Positions 52,204 to 55,413 of a stretch of 55,413 nt of DNA are shown here, in pieces (position 1 is the first letter of the stretch; every line of letters begins with the position of its first letter). The notes under the pieces were generated by a model that made no database searches, was not told the origin of the DNA, and was given only the letters and a program-made list of their open reading frames with translations. Source of the DNA: Minisyncoccales bacterium (GTDB lineage: Bacteria; Patescibacteriota; Minisyncoccia; Minisyncoccales; UBA5738); the NCBI GenBank assembly GCA_049641805.1, contig JBARNX010000033.1, forward strand, positions 1 through 55,413, given 5' to 3'. Position numbers and translations under genes: made by a program.

Positions 52204-52776
52204 ATGGAATTCGACTTGATTTTCTTTATTTCCTGTTTGTATTTCTTTTTGCCGGCATATTTTGCCAATATGACGCCGCCTTTGCTTAGGAACGCGAAGG
52301 CATTTGATTTTTTTGCCAAGCCGGTTGATTCCGGCAAGAGCTGGCGGGGGAAAAGGATATTCGGGGATCATAAAACCTGGCGCGGTTTGATCGGAGCCAT
52401 GGCGGTGGGCGCGGGCGTAGCGCTGTTGCAATGGTGGCTGTATAAATTTTCCTGGGCCATAGAGCTTTCAATTCTTGACTATAAATCGGTAAATCTCTGG
52501 GCGTTTGCTTTCTTGATTTCCGGCGGAGCGGTGGCCGGGGATCTGGCCGCGGCGTTTATCAAGCGGCGGCTGGATTTGGCGCCGGGCGCGTCGTTTATTC
52601 CCTGGGACCAGACTAATTATGTGATCGGCAGTTTTATTTTTCTGGAGCCCTATATCGGCCGTTATTTGTCCGGTGATTTGATTGTGTGGCTGGCGGTTTT
52701 CATAATGACATTCTTTTTACATCTGTTGTTCAATCGATTCGGGTATGATCTGGGATTGCATAAAGCAAAATGGTGA
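52204..52776 (+). CDS. CarS/DUF46 family (CDP-archaeol synthase-like cytidylyltransferase)
   Basis: LPAYFANMTPPLL, PVDSGKSWRGKRIFGDHKTWRGLIG, GDLAAAFIKRRL. Confidence 0.7.
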   Translation: MEFDLIFFISCLYFFLPAYFANMTPPLLRNAKAFDFFAKPVDSGKSWRGKRIFGDHKTWRGLIGAMAVGAGVALLQWWLYKFSWAIELSILDYKSVNLWAFAFLISGGAVAGDLAAAFIKRRLDLAPGASFIPWDQTNYVIGSFIFLEPYIGRYLSGDLIVWLAVFIMTFFLHLLFNRFGYDLGLHKAKW

Positions 52777-52925
52777 TAAATTAAAAATGTAAAAATCAAA
52801 GATTTAAATGACAATTAAAAATGTTAAAATATCGGCATTGTAAAATTTTTCAATTTTTTCTGCCGCGAGCAGATGAGTCTCAGGCTCAACATTGTCATTT
52901 TACATTTTGATTTTTCAATTTTACA
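52777..52925 (-). repeat. AT-rich palindromic intergenic element (copy k, inverted orientation)
   Basis: Starts aaaaatgtaaaaatcaaagat and ends gatttttcaattttacatt. GC double mini-hairpin at 52859-52888. Confidence 0.75.
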
Positions 52926-52931
52926 TTGACT

Positions 52932-53588
52932 ATGATGTTCGAAGATATATTAAATTACATTGCCGGAAGATTTTCCGATTCAATGTTCGATCTGGCGTCG
53001 GCCGCGGCGATTGGATTGTTCGGATGGTATTTTGCCTACGAGATCGGCAACAAAGCGGCGCAGGTTTTCGGCGATACCAAGTTAAATCAAACTATCAAGC
53101 GGCTGGGCTGGGATGAACCGATCGGCCGGATTTGGCGCGATTTGACCATCGCGAAATTGTTTGGCAAGGCGGTCGAGGTTTGGGTGCTGCTGTTTTTTCT
53201 GATGGTGAGCGCCGGTATTTTGCAACTGGCGCAGTTGAGCCAGCTTTTGAGCGCGGCCGTGGTTTATTTTTTCAATATTTTCATTGCGTTCATTATCTTC
53301 GCGGTGGCGGTGTTTTTTGCGGATTTTTCCCAAAGAACTCTGGCGGCCAACCTGGAAAAGGATAAATTCGTTTATTCCCGTTTTTTGTCCAAATGCGTGT
53401 CGGGCACGATTTGGACTCTGGCGGTTTTGGCGATATTGTACCAATTAAAAATTATTGCGCCGCTGGTATTGGCGATATTCGTGGGTATTGTGGTGACGAT
53501 TTCCCTGGCAGTGGGTTTGGCGCTCGGTCTGGGCGGCAAAGATTTGGCGGCAAAAATTTTAAAGGAGATTGAGGAAAGACTAAAATAA
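52932..53588 (+). CDS. Multi-pass membrane protein
   Basis: About 5 TM helices. ATG at 52932. Confidence 0.4.
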   Translation: MMFEDILNYIAGRFSDSMFDLASAAAIGLFGWYFAYEIGNKAAQVFGDTKLNQTIKRLGWDEPIGRIWRDLTIAKLFGKAVEVWVLLFFLMVSAGILQLAQLSQLLSAAVVYFFNIFIAFIIFAVAVFFADFSQRTLAANLEKDKFVYSRFLSKCVSGTIWTLAVLAILYQLKIIAPLVLAIFVGIVVTISLAVGLALGLGGKDLAAKILKEIEERLK

Positions 53589-53734
53589 TTTAAAATGTAA
53601 ATATCAAAGATCAGTTTGGCGGGCAGTTTTACTAAACTGATAATGACAATTTAAAATGTTAAAATGCCGGCTGTTCGACACTTTATGATTTTGCATTGTC
53701 ATTTTCCATTTTGATTTTTCAATTTTGATTTTTC
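53589..53734 (-). repeat. AT-rich palindromic intergenic element (copy l, inverted orientation)
   Basis: Starts aaaatgtaaatatcaaagatc. 28-nt GC module at 53612-53639. Confidence 0.75.
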
Positions 53735-54310
53735 ATGATCATTGGCGTTACGGGGAATAATGGTTCGGGCAAGGATACTTTTGCGCAATATATTGTTTCC
53801 AACAAAGGATTCATTCATATTTCGCTTTCGGATTTTATCCGCGAAGAAACCGCGCGGCAGGGATTGGAGTTGGCGCGGCACAATCTGCACGATGTGGGCA
53901 ATCGGATGCGTGAAATTTTCGGTCCGGGAATCCTTGCCAAGCTTGCCTTGGATCGAATGGATGAAAGCAAAAATTATGTTGTTACCAGCATCAGAAATCC
54001 AAATGAAATCAAGGAGCTCAAGAAAGCCGGCAATTTTATTTTGATGGCGGTTAACGCTCCTGTCGAAACGAGATTCAAGCGGATAATTGACAGGAATCGA
54101 GAAAACGAAAAGGAGATTATCAGTTTCGAGGAGTTTAAGAAGTTTGAAGCCGATGAGCTGGAATCGCAACTGTCGTCAAGCCAGCAGATAAAAGAATGCA
54201 TTGAAATGGCGAACTTCACGGTTGACAACGATTGCGATATCGCGGCTTTTCCCGAAAGGATCGAGAGCGTCTATATCGAAATTCAAAATTATTTGCGCAA
54301 AGGAAAATAA
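53735..54310 (+). CDS. P-loop nucleotide kinase-like protein (UPF0200/dephospho-CoA-kinase-like)
   Basis: GVTGNNGSGKDT P-loop, SIRNPNEIKELKK and RFKRIIDRNRENE pattern. Confidence 0.5.
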   Translation: MIIGVTGNNGSGKDTFAQYIVSNKGFIHISLSDFIREETARQGLELARHNLHDVGNRMREIFGPGILAKLALDRMDESKNYVVTSIRNPNEIKELKKAGNFILMAVNAPVETRFKRIIDRNRENEKEIISFEEFKKFEADELESQLSSSQQIKECIEMANFTVDNDCDIAAFPERIESVYIEIQNYLRKGK

Positions 54311-54415
54311 CAGGTTTGCTGTTTGGGCGGTTTTTCGCGCGTAATTTTCGGGTCGGGCGAAGCGTTTGAATTAGATTTTTTAATGTGCTAAAATCAAAAA
54401 TTGTCCCGCAGGTGC

Positions 54416-54464
54416 TTGATTAAGTTAATCTTAAACTCTGCGAGTTTAAAATTAACTTAATCAA
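54416..54464. repeat. 49-nt near-perfect hairpin
   Basis: 14 bp, one mismatch, then 8 bp, with a 3-nt loop. Confidence 0.7.
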
Positions 54465-54508
54465 TCGCTAAACGGTAGAATTTTGATTCTTGAATCGGAA
54501 ACAAATTT

Positions 54509-55183
54509 ATGCAAATAATTTGGCACGGGCAATCTTGTTTTGAATTGATTATCGCCAAGGGCAAAGGGGAGCATATCACGGTTTTGATGGATCCGCTGAA
54601 TGAAGCCAAGACCGGTTTGAAATTTTCTAAAACCGATGCCCAGGTGGTTTTGCTGACCAACCACGCGTATACCGCCGATCAGTCCGATATAAAGAAAGCC
54701 GCGGCCGGCGCTTTTGTCATTGACGGGCCGGGAGAATACGAAATAAAAGATATTTATATCCGGGGAATCGATTCCAATTTCGGCAAAACCGCGGAAGCGC
54801 TCGCGCAGGCGGGTAAAGAGGGCAGCGTGATCTATACCATTGAAACCGAAGAGATGAAGCTTTGCCATTTGGGAAATCTGAAAGAAGCGGAATTGACGCA
54901 GGGACAGATAGAAAAGATCGGCAACATTGATGTTTTGATGTTTCCCGTGGGCGACGGCCAAAAGATCGGCGCCAAAGACGCGCTCAAGATTGTGTCGCAA
55001 ATCGAACCCAGCATTGCCATTCCGATGAATTATGAAATTCCGAAATTGAAACTTGACGCCGGCAACCTTAAAGAATTTTTGAAAGCCGCCGGAGTGGGGC
55101 AGCTTGAGCCGTTGCCGAAATTGACGATCAAGAAAAAAGAAATCGCGGCCGAAGAAGCGAAAATCATCGTGCTGACGCCTTAG
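54509..55183 (+). CDS. MBL-fold hydrolase-like protein (UPF0173-like)
   Basis: MQIIWHGQSCFELI N-terminus. The HxHxDH region looks degenerate (LLTNHAYTAD). Confidence 0.5.
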   Translation: MQIIWHGQSCFELIIAKGKGEHITVLMDPLNEAKTGLKFSKTDAQVVLLTNHAYTADQSDIKKAAAGAFVIDGPGEYEIKDIYIRGIDSNFGKTAEALAQAGKEGSVIYTIETEEMKLCHLGNLKEAELTQGQIEKIGNIDVLMFPVGDGQKIGAKDALKIVSQIEPSIAIPMNYEIPKLKLDAGNLKEFLKAAGVGQLEPLPKLTIKKKEIAAEEAKIIVLTP

Positions 55184-55320
55184 ATCAAAATTGAAAAATC
55201 AGTTTGGCGGGCAGTTTTACTAAACTGACAATGAAAAATGACAATGTTGAGCCTGAGGCTCATCTGCTTGCGGCAGAAAAAATTGTAAAATGTCTCAATT
55301 CCGACATTTTAACATTTTAA
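55184..55320 (+). repeat. AT-rich intergenic element (copy m, partial)
   Basis: Left arm and centre only. Carries both GC modules (55200-55227 and 55248-55277). Confidence 0.7.
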
Positions 55321-55413
55321 TTCTTTTTATACCCCGTCAGCTTGCTGCGGGGAACAAAAAGAATGAGGAGTCCAGAGGAAACATCCTCTGGTTGCGGCGG
55401 GGTTAATACCCCG
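55321..55413 (+). repeat. Structured repeat, intact copy B (cut by the window edge)
   Basis: Three hairpins: 55321-55363 enclosing 55332-55352, then 55372-55391, then 55398-55413. Confidence 0.6.

Noticed and set aside
52153-52431. A 93-codon N-terminal extension of the PHP-domain ORF.
   Set aside because: It overlaps the CarS gene on the opposite strand and is Arg/Pro-rich. The PHP fold begins at MIKCDLHIHS (ATG 52152).
55392-55413. The sequence after the hairpin (ttgcggcggggttaataccccg), considered as the 5' end of a group II intron matching the intron 3' end at position 1.
   Set aside because: There is no GUGYG start. The homologous copy at 48664-48785 is not followed by any intron body; it runs straight into the end of a gene.

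Overview
This 55.4-kb window comes from a small-genome bacterium that looks like Candidate Phyla Radiation / Patescibacteria. The evidence is short genes, A/T-rich start contexts that mostly lack a Shine-Dalgarno (SD) sequence, a trimmed aminoacyl-tRNA synthetase, and several archaeal-type enzymes. Standard code 11 fits, because the conserved genes read through as full-length ORFs.

Ordinary content:
- Translation genes: alaS, argS, cysS, infC-rpmI-rplT, smpB-ssrA and 3 tRNAs.
- Many small hydrolase, GNAT, Nudix and HAD genes.
- A type IV pilin, a Fic protein and an HtrA protease.
- Toxin-antitoxin modules: two DinJ/YafQ-like pairs and an MNT gene with a decayed HepT partner.
- The 3' end of a group II intron at the left edge.

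Two things stand out:
1. A lipid gene cluster at about 27.6-45.2 kb, mostly co-directional. It contains an SCP-x/archaeal-type thiolase, a DUF35-DUF362 fusion, a FabG-like SDR, a CFA-synthase-like methyltransferase, a FabZ-hotdog::NMO enoyl-reductase fusion plus a second NMO/FabK paralog, two PlsC acyltransferases, a three-part biotin carboxylase system with a minimal BirA, and a GT28 glycolipid synthase. No ACP, KAS (FabH/FabF), FabD or AcpS is visible. An archaeal-type dephospho-CoA kinase (DUF359) and a CarS (DUF46) homolog lie nearby. I read this as a candidate ACP-independent, CoA-based fatty-acid and membrane-lipid pathway.
2. A modular family of 100-150 bp AT-rich palindromic elements. 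They fill whole intergenic spacers, occur in both orientations and carry interchangeable GC-rich mini-hairpins. Other structured repeats are also present.

All calls come from reading the ORF translations and the nucleotide sequence by eye. No database search was run.
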